DNA from: an uncultured Clostridia bacterium
Lineage (GTDB): Bacteria > Bacillota > Clostridia > Oscillospirales > Oscillospiraceae
Direction: 5' to 3'
NCBI GenBank assembly: GCA_945877365.1
Contig: CAMCRV010000003.1
Span: 35,901 to 99,900 of the forward strand
Length of the DNA: 64,000 bases
In this document: positions 26,665 through 37,298 of the stretch, piece by piece
Position numbering within the stretch: the stretch's first letter is position 1
Layout of the letters: each line of letters starts with the position of its first letter
Program-made: the position numbers and the translations under genes
The notes under the pieces: generated by a model
Told to the model about the DNA's origin: nothing
The model's input: the letters and a program-made list of their open reading frames with translations, nothing else
The model's database searches: none

Positions 26665-28017
26665 TTGACCAGCGCAGAAAAACACTATCAGAAGATGACT
26701 CAGACACCGGCCTCCAGACTGGTGCTGCAGCTGGGGATCCCCACAACTGTTTCCATGCTGATCACCAGCATTTACAACATGGCCGACACCTATTTTGTCG
26801 GCTCCATCGGCCCCAGCGCCCAGGCCGCCACCGGCGTTCTGTTTACTCTGCAGGCCATCATTCAGGGTCTCGGCTTTATGTATGGGCAGGGCTGCGGCAC
26901 TTTTATCTCCAAGGAGCTGGCCAGGCGTGACACAGACAGTGCCTCCGTTTACATCTCCTCCACCCTGTTTGCCGGCTTTCTGACGGGTATGTGTATTCTG
27001 CTGTGCGGTATGCTGTTCCGCCAGCCCCTTGTTCTCTTTCTGGGGAGCACCCAGACCATCCTGCCTCATGCCATGGATTACTGCCTTTGGGTGCTGCTGG
27101 CCTGTCCGCTGGTGATCTGCTCTTTGATTCTGAACAACGGGCTGCGGTTTGAGGGAAAATCCCTGTATGCTATGTTCGGACTTACCGCAGGCGGTCTGCT
27201 GAACATCGCTGCGGATTATCTCTTTGTGATGCGGCTGCACATGGGGGTTTTCGGTGCCGGACTTGCCACCGCGCTGTCCCAGTGCACCAGTTTTCTGATT
27301 CTGCTTACCATTTATATGCGAACCGCTCAGAGCCGGATCTCCTTCCGGTATCTGTCCAGGAGCCTTCGTCTGTATATCAGCGTTGCCCGGGTGGGTATCC
27401 CCTCCCTGATCCGGCAGAGCCTCACTTCTGTGACCAACGGTGTGTTGAATAATCTCACCAAGCCCTTCGGTGACGCTGCCATTGCCGCCATGAGTGTGGT
27501 GGGTAGATATTCCTTCTTCCTCGCATGCCTGGGTCTGGGCATGGGACAGGGGTTCCAGCCCGTTGCCTCCTTCAATTATCAGGCCGGAAAGCGCTCCCGG
27601 GTGCGGCAGGGATTGCTGTTTACCATGGGGTATGGCATTGTGGTCATCGGTGGTGCGGCTCTGGCCAGTGTCTTCTTTGCGGAACCCGTTATCCGGCTCT
27701 TCCAGAAAAGTCCGGAGGTGGTGGCTATCGGCTCTACAGCTCTTCGTCTGTATGCCGTAGGGATCATGTTCACCCCATTTTCCATCCCTGTGAATATGCT
27801 GTATCAAAGCATTCAAAAGCCCGGCATTGCCTCGGCTCTGTCTCTGATCCGGGCCGGTGCTGTGACCATTCCCATTCTGCTTCTGGGCGTTCCGCTTTTC
27901 GGGTTGGTTGCCGTTCAGTGCGCCCAGCCCATTGCAGATATCATTGCCGGTCTTGTCAGCATCCCCTTTATCATCCATTTCTGCAAGAACAGTGCAGATG
28001 TACCAGTTGCTGCATAA
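26665..28017 (+). CDS. MATE family efflux transporter (paralog 2 of 4)
   Basis: 450-aa polytopic protein. TTG start 7 nt after AAGGAGG. Confidence 0.85.
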   Translation: MTSAEKHYQKMTQTPASRLVLQLGIPTTVSMLITSIYNMADTYFVGSIGPSAQAATGVLFTLQAIIQGLGFMYGQGCGTFISKELARRDTDSASVYISSTLFAGFLTGMCILLCGMLFRQPLVLFLGSTQTILPHAMDYCLWVLLACPLVICSLILNNGLRFEGKSLYAMFGLTAGGLLNIAADYLFVMRLHMGVFGAGLATALSQCTSFLILLTIYMRTAQSRISFRYLSRSLRLYISVARVGIPSLIRQSLTSVTNGVLNNLTKPFGDAAIAAMSVVGRYSFFLACLGLGMGQGFQPVASFNYQAGKRSRVRQGLLFTMGYGIVVIGGAALASVFFAEPVIRLFQKSPEVVAIGSTALRLYAVGIMFTPFSIPVNMLYQSIQKPGIASALSLIRAGAVTIPILLLGVPLFGLVAVQCAQPIADIIAGLVSIPFIIHFCKNSADVPVAA

Positions 28018-28028
28018 ATAGAGTATTC

Positions 28029-28068
28029 GAGGGAGGAACCTGCTGTTGGTTCCTCCCTCTTTCTTTAT
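28029..28068 (+). terminator. Rho-independent terminator after MATE-2
   Basis: 12-bp stem GAGGGAGGAACC/GGTTCCTCCCTC with a 7-nt loop, then TTTCTTTATT. Confidence 0.8.
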
Positions 28069-28649
28069 TCCTTTACCGCTGACAAAATGTACCTGACCAG
28101 CTCTTCCCTTCCGTTTCCCTTTTCCGCGGAAAACGGGATGACAGGGCAGTCCTCCGGCAGGGACAGATCCCGGCGGATTACCTCCAGATTTGGCTCCAGT
28201 TCGCTTTTTTTCAGCTTGTCCATCTTGTTGGCAACCACCACAAAGGGGCATCCGCTCTCCAGGAACCAGTTTGCCATGGTGATGTCATTATTCGTGGGCG
28301 GATGACGGTAGTCCACAATCAGAACTCCCAGGTCAATCCGACCCGCTGCGAAATAATCCTCCATCAGTCTCCCCCAGCGCTCTTTTTCCCCCTGAGAGAC
28401 CTTTGCAAATCCATATCCCGGCAGATCCACCAGATAGCACTTCCGGTCGATGACGAAATAGTTCACATGAACCGTCTTTCCCGGCTTGTCTCCCACCCGG
28501 GCAAAATTCTTACGCTGCAAAATGCGGTTGATCACAGAGGATTTGCCCACATTGGATTTTCCGGCAAAGGCAATTTCCGGCAGACGGTTCTTTGGGAAGG
28601 ATCCGGCAGAGGCCGCAGAAATCAGAAACTCCACATTTTGAAAGTTCAT
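28065..28649 (-). CDS. engB: Ribosome biogenesis GTP-binding protein YsxC/EngB
   Basis: G1 motif GKSNVGKSS and G4 motif NKMDK. Conserved position after lon. Confidence 0.9.
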   Translation of the reverse strand: MNFQNVEFLISAASAGSFPKNRLPEIAFAGKSNVGKSSVINRILQRKNFARVGDKPGKTVHVNYFVIDRKCYLVDLPGYGFAKVSQGEKERWGRLMEDYFAAGRIDLGVLIVDYRHPPTNNDITMANWFLESGCPFVVVANKMDKLKKSELEPNLEVIRRDLSLPEDCPVIPFSAEKGNGREELVRYILSAVKE

Positions 28650-28658
28650 ATTGCCCCC

Positions 28659-31061
28659 CTACTGCCGGATTCCCTGTCTGGGAATCTTGGCCTTTACATC
28701 CTCCGGAATATCCGTCAGGATCGCCGGATGAACCTCTGTATTGCGGTTCAATGCTGCATCCAGAACCGTATCCACCGTTTCGGCCGTAATAAAATTCAAC
28801 TGTCGGCGGACAGTCTGGTCAATTTCCATCAGATCCCGCTGGTTATCCCGGGGAATGATCACCGTATGGATACCGTGGCGAAGGGCTGCCATGGTCTTTT
28901 CCTTCAAGCCTCCAATTCGCATGACACGACCCCGGAGGGAGATTTCCCCCGTCATGGCCACATCCCTGCGCACCGAAATGCCGGTCAATGCGGAGACCAT
29001 AGCCGTACAAACCGTGACACCGGCAGAAGGCCCATCCTTGGGGACAGCCCCCTCCGGGAAATGGACATGGATGTCCTTTGTTTTGTAAAAATCAGGAGCA
29101 ATGCCCAGCTTTTGGACATTGGCGCGGATATAGCTCAACGCCGCATGGGCGGACTCCTTCATTACATCTCCCAGATTACCCGTCAGCTCCAGCTTGCCGG
29201 AGCCGTCCATGACATTGACTTCCACTTCCAGTGTCTCTCCGCCCACGCTGGTCCAGGCAAGACCTGTGACAAGACCCACCTGATCGCTGGGAGGCAGGCA
29301 ATCCGGCAGGTATTTCCGGACGCCAAGGAACTCCTCCAGATTGTTGCCGTTAACCGTGATGCGCTTGGGGTTTTCCTGCTCCAGCAGCTTCATGGCGGCT
29401 TTTCTGCAAATCTCGCCAATGGATCTTTCCAGATTCCGGACACCGGACTCCCGGGTATAACAGGTGATGATTTCCCGGATGGCATCCTCCGTGATTCTCA
29501 GCTGGGTCTTCTTCAGGCCGTGCTTGTCCAGCTGCTTGGCAATCAGATGATTTTTGGCAATCATCAGCTTCTCCTCGTCGGTATAGGAGCCAAGCTCGAT
29601 GACCTCCATACGATCCAGCAGGGGTCTGGGCACCGTGTCCAGCGTGTTTGCCGTGGTGATAAACATCACATCGGACAGGTCGAAAGGAATTTCCAGATAA
29701 TGATCCCGATAGGTGCTGTTCTGCTCTCCGTCCAGCACTTCCAGCAGGGCTGCGCTGGGATCGCCCCGATGATCCTGACCCATCTTGTCAATCTCGTCCA
29801 GCAGCAGAAGCGGATTGGAGCTTCCGGACTGAGTGATGGCTGCCATGATGCGGCCGGGCATTGCGCCGATATAGGTTTTTCTATGGCCCCGGATATCGGC
29901 TTCGTCGTGGACACCGCCCAGAGAAATACGAGCCATTTTCCGATTCAGAGCCTTGGCGATGGAGTAGGAAATCGAGGTCTTGCCCACGCCGGGAGGCCCC
30001 ACCAGACACAGAATCTGGGGCGGCATCTTGGGCGCCATCTGACGGACGGCGATGGTTTCCAGAATACGCTCCTTCACCTTTTCCAGGCCGAAATGATCCT
30101 GCTCCAGAATTCTTCTGGCCACAGAAACATCCACCCGTTCCTTGGTTCGATGATTCCAGGGGAGCTCCAGAACGGTATCCAGATAATTGCGCAGGACGGC
30201 TCCCTCGGCAGAGCCGAAGGGCTGCTTTTTCAGCCTGTCTACATCCTTCAGCAGCTTCTTTTCCACGGATTCCTCCAGGCAAAGGCCGCAGATGCGATCC
30301 GTGTAGCTCTGGATTTCAGAATCCTCGTCCTCTTCCCCCAGCTCCTCCCGGATGGCGCGAATCTGCTCCCGCAGGTAATAGTCCTTCTGGTTCTGCTCCA
30401 TGTTGGATCTGGTTTTCTCCTGAATCTGGGATTCCAGCTTCAGAACCTCAACCTCCTGCTTCAGCAGCTTCACCGCGGTTTCCAGCCGCTTTACAGGATT
30501 CAGCATACACAGCAGCTTCACCTTATCCTTGAAATCCATCCCGGAGTTCTGGGCGATGGTATCGGCGATGAAGCCGCTGTCGTCGCTGGACATGATCTTC
30601 AGCTGGATCAGCTGGACAGGATGCTCACACAGCTCCAGATAGGAGGCGTAAGTAATGTTGGCCTCCCTGCGCATGGCACGGCTGCGAACACTGTCTGTAT
30701 CCTCCTGATCCGGGACGGATTCCACCGTACCGGACAGATACGGCTCACTCTGGTGAATCTGGGTGATTTTTCCTCTGTGAAGGCCGGTCACCAGAACTCT
30801 CAGGTTTTCGCCCTGGGCCTTGAGCACCTGCTTCACCTGCGCGATGACACCGATAGAATACAGATCCGACAGCTTGGGGTCATCAACCAGCAGATCCTTC
30901 TGGGGAATCAGCAGAATATACTGATCCTGCTTCATGGCTGCCTCCAGCGCCACCACAGACTTGGGTCTGCCCACATCGAAATGCACCGTCTGCCCGGGGA
31001 AAACAGTCAACCCCCGCAGGGCAAGAATGGGCAGAGTTCTGGAATAAAAGGTTTCAGTCAA
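28659..31061 (-). CDS. lon: ATP-dependent endopeptidase La (Lon)
   Basis: 800 aa. Walker A GPPGVGKTS. Catalytic serine context PKDGPSAGVT. Confidence 0.95.
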   Translation of the reverse strand: MTETFYSRTLPILALRGLTVFPGQTVHFDVGRPKSVVALEAAMKQDQYILLIPQKDLLVDDPKLSDLYSIGVIAQVKQVLKAQGENLRVLVTGLHRGKITQIHQSEPYLSGTVESVPDQEDTDSVRSRAMRREANITYASYLELCEHPVQLIQLKIMSSDDSGFIADTIAQNSGMDFKDKVKLLCMLNPVKRLETAVKLLKQEVEVLKLESQIQEKTRSNMEQNQKDYYLREQIRAIREELGEEDEDSEIQSYTDRICGLCLEESVEKKLLKDVDRLKKQPFGSAEGAVLRNYLDTVLELPWNHRTKERVDVSVARRILEQDHFGLEKVKERILETIAVRQMAPKMPPQILCLVGPPGVGKTSISYSIAKALNRKMARISLGGVHDEADIRGHRKTYIGAMPGRIMAAITQSGSSNPLLLLDEIDKMGQDHRGDPSAALLEVLDGEQNSTYRDHYLEIPFDLSDVMFITTANTLDTVPRPLLDRMEVIELGSYTDEEKLMIAKNHLIAKQLDKHGLKKTQLRITEDAIREIITCYTRESGVRNLERSIGEICRKAAMKLLEQENPKRITVNGNNLEEFLGVRKYLPDCLPPSDQVGLVTGLAWTSVGGETLEVEVNVMDGSGKLELTGNLGDVMKESAHAALSYIRANVQKLGIAPDFYKTKDIHVHFPEGAVPKDGPSAGVTVCTAMVSALTGISVRRDVAMTGEISLRGRVMRIGGLKEKTMAALRHGIHTVIIPRDNQRDLMEIDQTVRRQLNFITAETVDTVLDAALNRNTEVHPAILTDIPEDVKAKIPRQGIRQ

Positions 31062-31079
31062 GGGATATCCCTCCTTTGC

Positions 31080-31119
31080 GAAAAAATGCGGAAGAAGGGG
31101 GTAGAACGCTACCCCCTTC
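31080..31119 (-). terminator. Rho-independent terminator after clpX
   Basis: 11-bp stem GAAGGGGGTAG/CTACCCCCTTC with loop AACG. On the minus strand it is followed by TTCCGCATTTTTTT. Confidence 0.7.
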
Positions 31120-31126
31120 CAATCTG

Positions 31127-32392
31127 TTATTTTACCCCGGCTAGCTTCTCTCTCGGATGAGAAGGATCCCGGAGGATGGTGGCATCCCCGCCTTCTACGG
31201 TTTCAGGGGTGATGACAACCTTTTTGATGGTCAGATCCGAGGGAATCTGATACATGATTCCTGTCATGATCTTCTCCAGAATGGCACGCAGCCCTCTGGC
31301 ACCGATCTGACGGTCAATGGCCTTCTGAGCTATGATTTCCAGAGCTTCCCGGGTAATCTCCAGCTCCACGCCATCCATTCCCAGAAGACTCTGATACTGG
31401 CGAACCAGGGCATTCTTAGGCTCCACCAGAATCCGGATCAGTTCATCCCGGGTGAGGCTTTGCAGACTGGTGATCATGGGCATACGACCCACCAGCTCCG
31501 GAATAATACCGAACTTCAGCAGATCATGGGGCTCCACCTGAGAGAAGAGCTCACCCACATCCCGGTTCTTGCGGCTAGAGATGGGGGCGTCAAATCCAAT
31601 GGTGGATTTTTCCGTACGCTTCTCAATGATCTTATCCAGACCATCAAAAGCTCCGCCGCAGATGAAGAGAATATTGGTGGTGTCCACCGGGATCATTTCC
31701 TGCTGGGGGTGCTTCCGCCCGCCCTGAGGCGGAACATTGGCAACGGTTCCCTCCAGAATCTTCAGCAGAGCCTGCTGAACACCTTCGCCGGACACATCCC
31801 GGGTGATGGAGGTATTTTCGCTCTTACGGGCAATTTTATCCATCTCATCGATATAGATAATGCCCCGCTCTGCCCGTTCCACATCAAAGTCAGCCGCCTG
31901 CAGCAGGCGCAGAAGAATATTTTCCACATCATCACCCACATAGCCTGCCTCGGTCAATGTGGTGGCATCCGCAATGGCAAAGGGTACATTCAGAATCTTG
32001 GCCAGTGTCTGGGCAAAGAGGGTTTTGCCGGAACCTGTGGGGCCAATCAGAAGAATGTTGCTCTTTTGAAGCTCGATGTCGGAATTGTTTCCAAGATAAA
32101 TACGCTTGTAGTGGTTGTATACTGCAACAGAAAGGGCAACCTTTGCCTCGTCCTGCCCGATGATGTACTGATCCATGAAGTTTTTGATCTCCATGGGAGT
32201 GGGCAGCTTCTCGGGACTTCCGAGGCCGCCCTCCTCCAGATCAATTTCATCCTTCAGCAGGTCGCTGCAGGCCTTCACGCAGTCGCTGCAGATATACACG
32301 CCAGCACCGGCAATGAGACGCGTAGCCTGATTCTCACGCATACCGCAAAAGCTGCAGCGAATCGGCTGCTCCGTTTTTCCTGCCATTTGCAC
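31127..32392 (-). CDS. clpX: ATP-dependent Clp protease ATP-binding subunit ClpX
   Basis: Zinc-binding N-terminus CSFCG...CSDC. Walker A GPTGSGKT. Confidence 0.95.
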   Translation of the reverse strand: MQMAGKTEQPIRCSFCGMRENQATRLIAGAGVYICSDCVKACSDLLKDEIDLEEGGLGSPEKLPTPMEIKNFMDQYIIGQDEAKVALSVAVYNHYKRIYLGNNSDIELQKSNILLIGPTGSGKTLFAQTLAKILNVPFAIADATTLTEAGYVGDDVENILLRLLQAADFDVERAERGIIYIDEMDKIARKSENTSITRDVSGEGVQQALLKILEGTVANVPPQGGRKHPQQEMIPVDTTNILFICGGAFDGLDKIIEKRTEKSTIGFDAPISSRKNRDVGELFSQVEPHDLLKFGIIPELVGRMPMITSLQSLTRDELIRILVEPKNALVRQYQSLLGMDGVELEITREALEIIAQKAIDRQIGARGLRAILEKIMTGIMYQIPSDLTIKKVVITPETVEGGDATILRDPSHPREKLAGVK

Positions 32393-32578
32393 GGTACCTC
32401 TTTTCTAAATAGGATTAGGAAGCTCTGAATCAATCGGCAAGAGCTGACAGCGGGAGATTTTGTTCCGACAGAAGATTTGGAAAACAGTGGAATACTGGAT
32501 GTATTTACTGTTTTTCAAACCGCACTGGCGGAGCAAAAGATCCGCTGCCCAGCCGCAGGCGATTTGTTCAGAGATTCC

Positions 32579-33160
32579 TTAGTGACGCTCCAGCACCCGG
32601 TCAATCAGGCCAAAGGACAGAGCTTCCTCAGCGCTCATAAAGTTGTCGCGCTCACAGGCCGCCGTAACCTCTTCCACAGAGCGTCCGGTGTTCTCGGCCA
32701 GAATTCTGTTCATCCGGGCCTTGATGATTTCCAGCCGCTTCAGATGGATGGCCATATCCGTGATCTGACCTTGAGTGCCTGCGGAGGGCTGGTGGATCAT
32801 GATTTCGGAATTGGGCAGAGCCATCCGCTTGCCCTTGGCACCTGCGCTCAGCAGGAACGCACCCATGGAGGCGGCCATGCCCACACAGATGGTGGCAACA
32901 TCGCACTTGATATACTGCATGGTGTCATAGATGGCCATGCCAGCCGTGACGCTGCCGCCGGGGCTGTTGATGTAAAACTGAATATCCTTATCCGGATCCT
33001 GAGCCTCCAGATACAGCAGCTGGGCCACAACCAGGGAAGCCGTGGTATCATTGACCTCTTCGGACAGGAAAATAATGCGGTCATTCAGCAGACGGGAGAA
33101 AATATCATAGCTGCGCTCGCCGCGGCTGGTCTGCTCAACAACATAGGGAACCAAACTCAT
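32579..33160 (-). CDS. clpP: ATP-dependent Clp protease proteolytic subunit ClpP
   Basis: [32 protein letters not shown]. Confidence 0.95.
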   Translation of the reverse strand: MSLVPYVVEQTSRGERSYDIFSRLLNDRIIFLSEEVNDTTASLVVAQLLYLEAQDPDKDIQFYINSPGGSVTAGMAIYDTMQYIKCDVATICVGMAASMGAFLLSAGAKGKRMALPNSEIMIHQPSAGTQGQITDMAIHLKRLEIIKARMNRILAENTGRSVEEVTAACERDNFMSAEEALSFGLIDRVLERH

Positions 33161-33226
33161 GGTGATGTCTCCTTTCAGGGGTTTGAAACATTCTAACCAT
33201 CGCAGAGGAAAGTTATTCCTTGGAAA

Positions 33227-34513
33227 TTACTCGGCTTTGGGAGCAACGGCAACAGCGCTGTCCACAATCAGCTTGACGGCCTTGCGGGTCTTCAGGCTGC
33301 CGGTGAGCTCGTCCATGGGAACCATCTGCTTGACCTTGTCCAGCTCCAGAGAGTAGTCCTTAGCCAGCTTCTCGAACTCCTCATTGATTTCCTCATCGGA
33401 AACGGTGATGCCCTCAGCCTCAGCAATCTTCTCCAGAGTGACGGAAATCTTTGCCTGCTTCTCGGCCTGGGGGCGGAAAGCATTGCGCAGAGAGTTCATG
33501 TCGCCGCCCATCATCTTGGCGTACTGCTCCATGGAATAGCCGCTCATCTGCAGCTGGTAGGCAAACCGCTCCATCTGGGTGTCCAGCTCGGAGTCCACCA
33601 GAGCCTTGGGCATATCCACAGTGGTGTTTTCGGCAGCCTTCTCAACGGCAGCGTTCTCAAAAGCGGACTTGGCCTGCTTCTCGGCCTGCTCCTCGGCCTT
33701 TGCACGGATGTCGGCCTTCAGCTCCTCCAGAGTCTCGAACTCGGAGACATCCTTGGCAAACTCATCGTCCAGAGCGGGAACGGAGGTAACGGTGACCTTG
33801 TTCACCTTGACATGGAACACAACAGCCTTGCCGGCCAGGTCGGCGTGGTAATCCTCGGGGAAGGTGATGTTGATGTCCTTCTCCTCACCGGCGGACATAC
33901 CCACAATCTGCTCCTCAAAACCGGGGACAAAGTGGCCGCTGCCCAGCTTCAGGTCAAAGCCCTCGCCCTTGCCGCCCTCGAAGGGAACGCCGTTGTCAAA
34001 GCCCTCGTAGTCAATATTGGTGGTGTCGCCCATCTCGGCGGGTCTGTCCACATTCTCAGTGGAGGCCACATTCTGAGCCATACGATCCAGCTCTGCGGCA
34101 ACCTGCTCGTCGGAAACGGAGACCTCCATCTTCTCCACTTCCAGACCCTTGTACTGACCCAGAGTGACCTCGGGGTAGACCTCGGTGGTGAGGGTCAGGG
34201 TGACAATGTTGTCCTCGCTGATCTGCATATCGGTCAGGCTGGGACGGCCGATGGCCTTTACATCCTGATCCAGAACGGCAGCCTTGTAGACCTCGGGGAA
34301 GATCTCTTCCAGACCGTCTTCGTAGAAAACATGAGCGCCGTACATAGCCTCAATCATCTTACGGGGAGCCTTGCCCTTACGGAAACCGGGAATCTGAATG
34401 CTCTTGCGAGCCTTCATATATGCCTTGTTGACGCCGGACTCCATCAGCTCCTTGTCGATCTCCACGACAATAACGGCCTCATTGCCCTTCTTCTCAATGC
34501 TCTTGACATTCAT
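33227..34513 (-). CDS. tig: Trigger factor
   Basis: 428 aa with GFRKGKAPRKMIE at the N-terminus and a central PPIase domain. Context tig-clpP-clpX. Confidence 0.95.
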   Translation of the reverse strand: MNVKSIEKKGNEAVIVVEIDKELMESGVNKAYMKARKSIQIPGFRKGKAPRKMIEAMYGAHVFYEDGLEEIFPEVYKAAVLDQDVKAIGRPSLTDMQISEDNIVTLTLTTEVYPEVTLGQYKGLEVEKMEVSVSDEQVAAELDRMAQNVASTENVDRPAEMGDTTNIDYEGFDNGVPFEGGKGEGFDLKLGSGHFVPGFEEQIVGMSAGEEKDINITFPEDYHADLAGKAVVFHVKVNKVTVTSVPALDDEFAKDVSEFETLEELKADIRAKAEEQAEKQAKSAFENAAVEKAAENTTVDMPKALVDSELDTQMERFAYQLQMSGYSMEQYAKMMGGDMNSLRNAFRPQAEKQAKISVTLEKIAEAEGITVSDEEINEEFEKLAKDYSLELDKVKQMVPMDELTGSLKTRKAVKLIVDSAVAVAPKAE

Positions 34514-34624
34514 TTGTGTAATCCTCCTAAATTGGCCTGCACAGCGCGACCATTGTATATTTTTTTATAGCCGATTCATTCTATCAGAAAAAAAAGATAT
34601 TGTCCACACTTTTCTTGAAAATTT

Positions 34625-35314
34625 TTAGGGAAAAACCAAAAAAGGCTTAAATCCCAGATAATCCGCCGCCACAAGTCGGAATTCGATACCGTCCCACAGC
34701 CCTTCCATAGCCAGCTTATGGCTTCCGCCGTGCAGATGTCCATAAAAGCACCTGCTCACATCATACTTAGACAGCAGCTCCAGAATCTCCGGACACTCGT
34801 ACCCCCTGTATCGGGGCGGATAGTGGAGGAACACCAGCTTCCGGCGATCCCCTGCCGCCTTCAAAGAGGCCTCCAGACGGAGCAGCTCCCGTTTGAAAAC
34901 CTTCTCGTCATGGGCTCCGCTGCGCTCCTCCTCGAAAAACCAGCCTCTGGTACCGCAGATGGCAAAGTCTTCATATGCATAGCAGTTGTTGTTCAGCAGG
35001 GACATATCCTGAAAACCATGCTCCCGGCAGAATTTTTCAAATTTTGCAGCCGTACTCCACCAGTAGTCATGGTTTCCCTTGAGAATGATCTTTTTTCCGG
35101 GTATTTCCTGAATCCAGCCAAAATCGGCAGCGGAGCTTTCCAGATCCAAAGCCCAGCTCAGATCCCCCAGCAATACCGTGGTATCCTCAGGACGGATCAC
35201 AGACATACCTTCCTTCAGCTTGTCCATATACCCTACCCAGGCCCCGCCGAAGATATCCATAGGCTTGGGTGCCCCCAGGCACAGGTGCAGATCCCCGATG
35301 GCATACAGTGCCAT
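34625..35314 (-). CDS. Metallophosphoesterase family protein
   Basis: IGDLH, GDLSW, GNHDYW and YGHLHG motifs. Confidence 0.75.
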   Translation of the reverse strand: MALYAIGDLHLCLGAPKPMDIFGGAWVGYMDKLKEGMSVIRPEDTTVLLGDLSWALDLESSAADFGWIQEIPGKKIILKGNHDYWWSTAAKFEKFCREHGFQDMSLLNNNCYAYEDFAICGTRGWFFEEERSGAHDEKVFKRELLRLEASLKAAGDRRKLVFLHYPPRYRGYECPEILELLSKYDVSRCFYGHLHGGSHKLAMEGLWDGIEFRLVAADYLGFKPFLVFP

Positions 35315-35326
35315 AGGTCACCTCCC

Positions 35327-36361
35327 TTACAAATTTTCCAAATAGGCTGACAGTTCCTCTGCGGTGGTTCCCATAGCGGCAGCAACGGTATCCAGATCCC
35401 TTCCGGGACTTTTTTCCGACAGGATCAGGCTCAATCTGTTTTCTCCGGTCTTTGCCCGGTAATCCAGCAGCCCGGCATAGGCCAGCGCGTCATAGGGGGA
35501 AAGCAGATATCTTCTGGTGGCAAACACACTGGGAATGGTTTCCATCATTCTGCGCTCCCCAATCACACTGACATAGAGCCTGTCCGCAAGGCGGCTTTGC
35601 ATCTGCTCCGAAGGAAAGAAGGAACCGCCTCGCCGCAGAGCCTCCACATATTCTCCCATTTCCTCGCTGTTGCCGCAGCCGCAGATCAGATGTTCCAGTG
35701 CCTGGGGCACCACCACATCCGCCTCCGGTGTCCGGGTGGTCACAGCCACACCGTCGGTACGGAGCACTCCCTGATGAATCAGATCCCAGACATTACAGTT
35801 TTCATTGCAGCTGCATACGATATTTCCAATGGGAAGACCCCAGCATCTTGCATACCAGGCGCTGATGGGCGAAACAAAATCCCCGGATACCACGGAGATA
35901 TCCACACAGTCTGCATCCTTCAGCAATCCCTTTCCCTGAATATCCGCAATCAGGCCGAACCAGATGGCAATGCGAAGGGCAATCTCCGTCCAAAGAGATG
36001 GTTTTCCTTCTTGATTCCCCAGAAGGACGGAAAGACCCCGAACCATGTGCCGGATATCTCTGTCCGGGTTGTGCCAGCACTCTCCCATCAGAATCCGCTG
36101 CCCAACCGGGCGAATACGAACAGGATACCTGCCCACGGCAAACTCCACATCCCATGGCGTCAACTTCTGATTAAACAGCCGGTTCAGCACCTCTGCCAGA
36201 CAGGTGTTGAAGGATTTTCCGGACAGAGCACTGATGTCATCTGCGGAAAAAGCAGGCTGGTGAAAAGGCAGATAAAGACCCCCATCCGGGCCGCGGCTTT
36301 CCGTCAGAGCCCGGTTGGCGGTAAAGGCGTCCAGATTACTTCTGGTGGTTACATACAGCAC
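35327..36361 (-). CDS. Threonine synthase-like protein lacking the PLP-lysine motif
   Basis: Thr_synth_N-like RGPDGGLYLP. ECWHNPDRD sits where ThrC has ELFHGPTLAFKD. SGDFV in place of SGDTG. GLPIGNIVCSCNENCNVWDL. Confidence 0.5.
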   Translation of the reverse strand: MLYVTTRSNLDAFTANRALTESRGPDGGLYLPFHQPAFSADDISALSGKSFNTCLAEVLNRLFNQKLTPWDVEFAVGRYPVRIRPVGQRILMGECWHNPDRDIRHMVRGLSVLLGNQEGKPSLWTEIALRIAIWFGLIADIQGKGLLKDADCVDISVVSGDFVSPISAWYARCWGLPIGNIVCSCNENCNVWDLIHQGVLRTDGVAVTTRTPEADVVVPQALEHLICGCGNSEEMGEYVEALRRGGSFFPSEQMQSRLADRLYVSVIGERRMMETIPSVFATRRYLLSPYDALAYAGLLDYRAKTGENRLSLILSEKSPGRDLDTVAAAMGTTAEELSAYLENL

Positions 36362-37298
36362 GCTCCATCACTCCAATGGCATTGTTCCAGTAAATATCCT
36401 CAACCATTTGTCGGGACAGTCCCCGATCCAGCAAGCGCTGCGCCAGAGCAGGATAGCTCTGGATTCCCTCAAACCCTTCCGCAAAGGCATCGCACCCATC
36501 CAGATCACCGCCCAAGGCAATGTGCTTGCCGGATGGATCCAGATCCAGAAAATGAAAGATATGATCGCAGACGGTATCCAATGTAGGATTCTCCCCCAGA
36601 AACAGCGCAAACTGGTTGATTCCTGCTACACCCTCCGTCTCCACAATGGCGCGGAACATTTCGTCCGTCAGATTTCGGGAGTGGGGGCAAAGCGCACGGC
36701 TGTTGGAATGGGTGGCCACTATGGGCGCATTGGTAATGCTCATAATGTCCCAGAAGCCCTCATCGCTGATATGGCTGACATCCACCAGCATACCCAGCCG
36801 CTGTGCCTCCCGGACATAGGCTCCTCCCTGCTCTGTCAGGCCACCGCCGGTGACATTTGAGCCTGTCAGTGGATTCTCTTCATTCCAGCCCAGACTGGTG
36901 ATCCGGAAGCCCACCTGATACAGATCCTTCAAAAGCTCTGCTTCAAAGCCAAAGCCGGCGGTTCCCTCCAGAGTCAGCACTGCGGACATCTTTCCCTGCG
37001 CCTGATTGGCAAGGATATCCTCCACGCTGTAGGCGATGCTGATGAGGTGCTGATTTCGCTCTGTCTCCCGCATGACGGTTGCCAACTCCCGTTCAAAGAC
37101 ATCCACCGGAGCCGTATGGTAGTGTTCCACCATATCCGGCGATGTAAAACAGGCAAAGCATTGGCAGTAGCCGGGGAGCTTTGCAGCACGCTCCAAATCG
37201 ATATGGCCTTTGTTCCGATACAGACTTCCTGCCTCCCGGACGGTATTTCCCAGCAGAGCCAGGGCTGTATCACAGTGCAAATCAAAAACAGGAATCAT
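36336..37298 (-). CDS. Membrane dipeptidase family (peptidase M19) protein
   Basis: MIPVFDLHCDTAL...VDVSHISD...ATHSNSRA. Confidence 0.8.
   Translation of the reverse strand: MIPVFDLHCDTALALLGNTVREAGSLYRNKGHIDLERAAKLPGYCQCFACFTSPDMVEHYHTAPVDVFERELATVMRETERNQHLISIAYSVEDILANQAQGKMSAVLTLEGTAGFGFEAELLKDLYQVGFRITSLGWNEENPLTGSNVTGGGLTEQGGAYVREAQRLGMLVDVSHISDEGFWDIMSITNAPIVATHSNSRALCPHSRNLTDEMFRAIVETEGVAGINQFALFLGENPTLDTVCDHIFHFLDLDPSGKHIALGGDLDGCDAFAEGFEGIQSYPALAQRLLDRGLSRQMVEDIYWNNAIGVMERAVCNHQK

Noticed and set aside
28302-31160. 952-aa ORF antisense to engB and lon.
   Set aside because: Same reasoning: it mirrors the lon reading frame, has no motifs, and the lon and engB calls are unambiguous.
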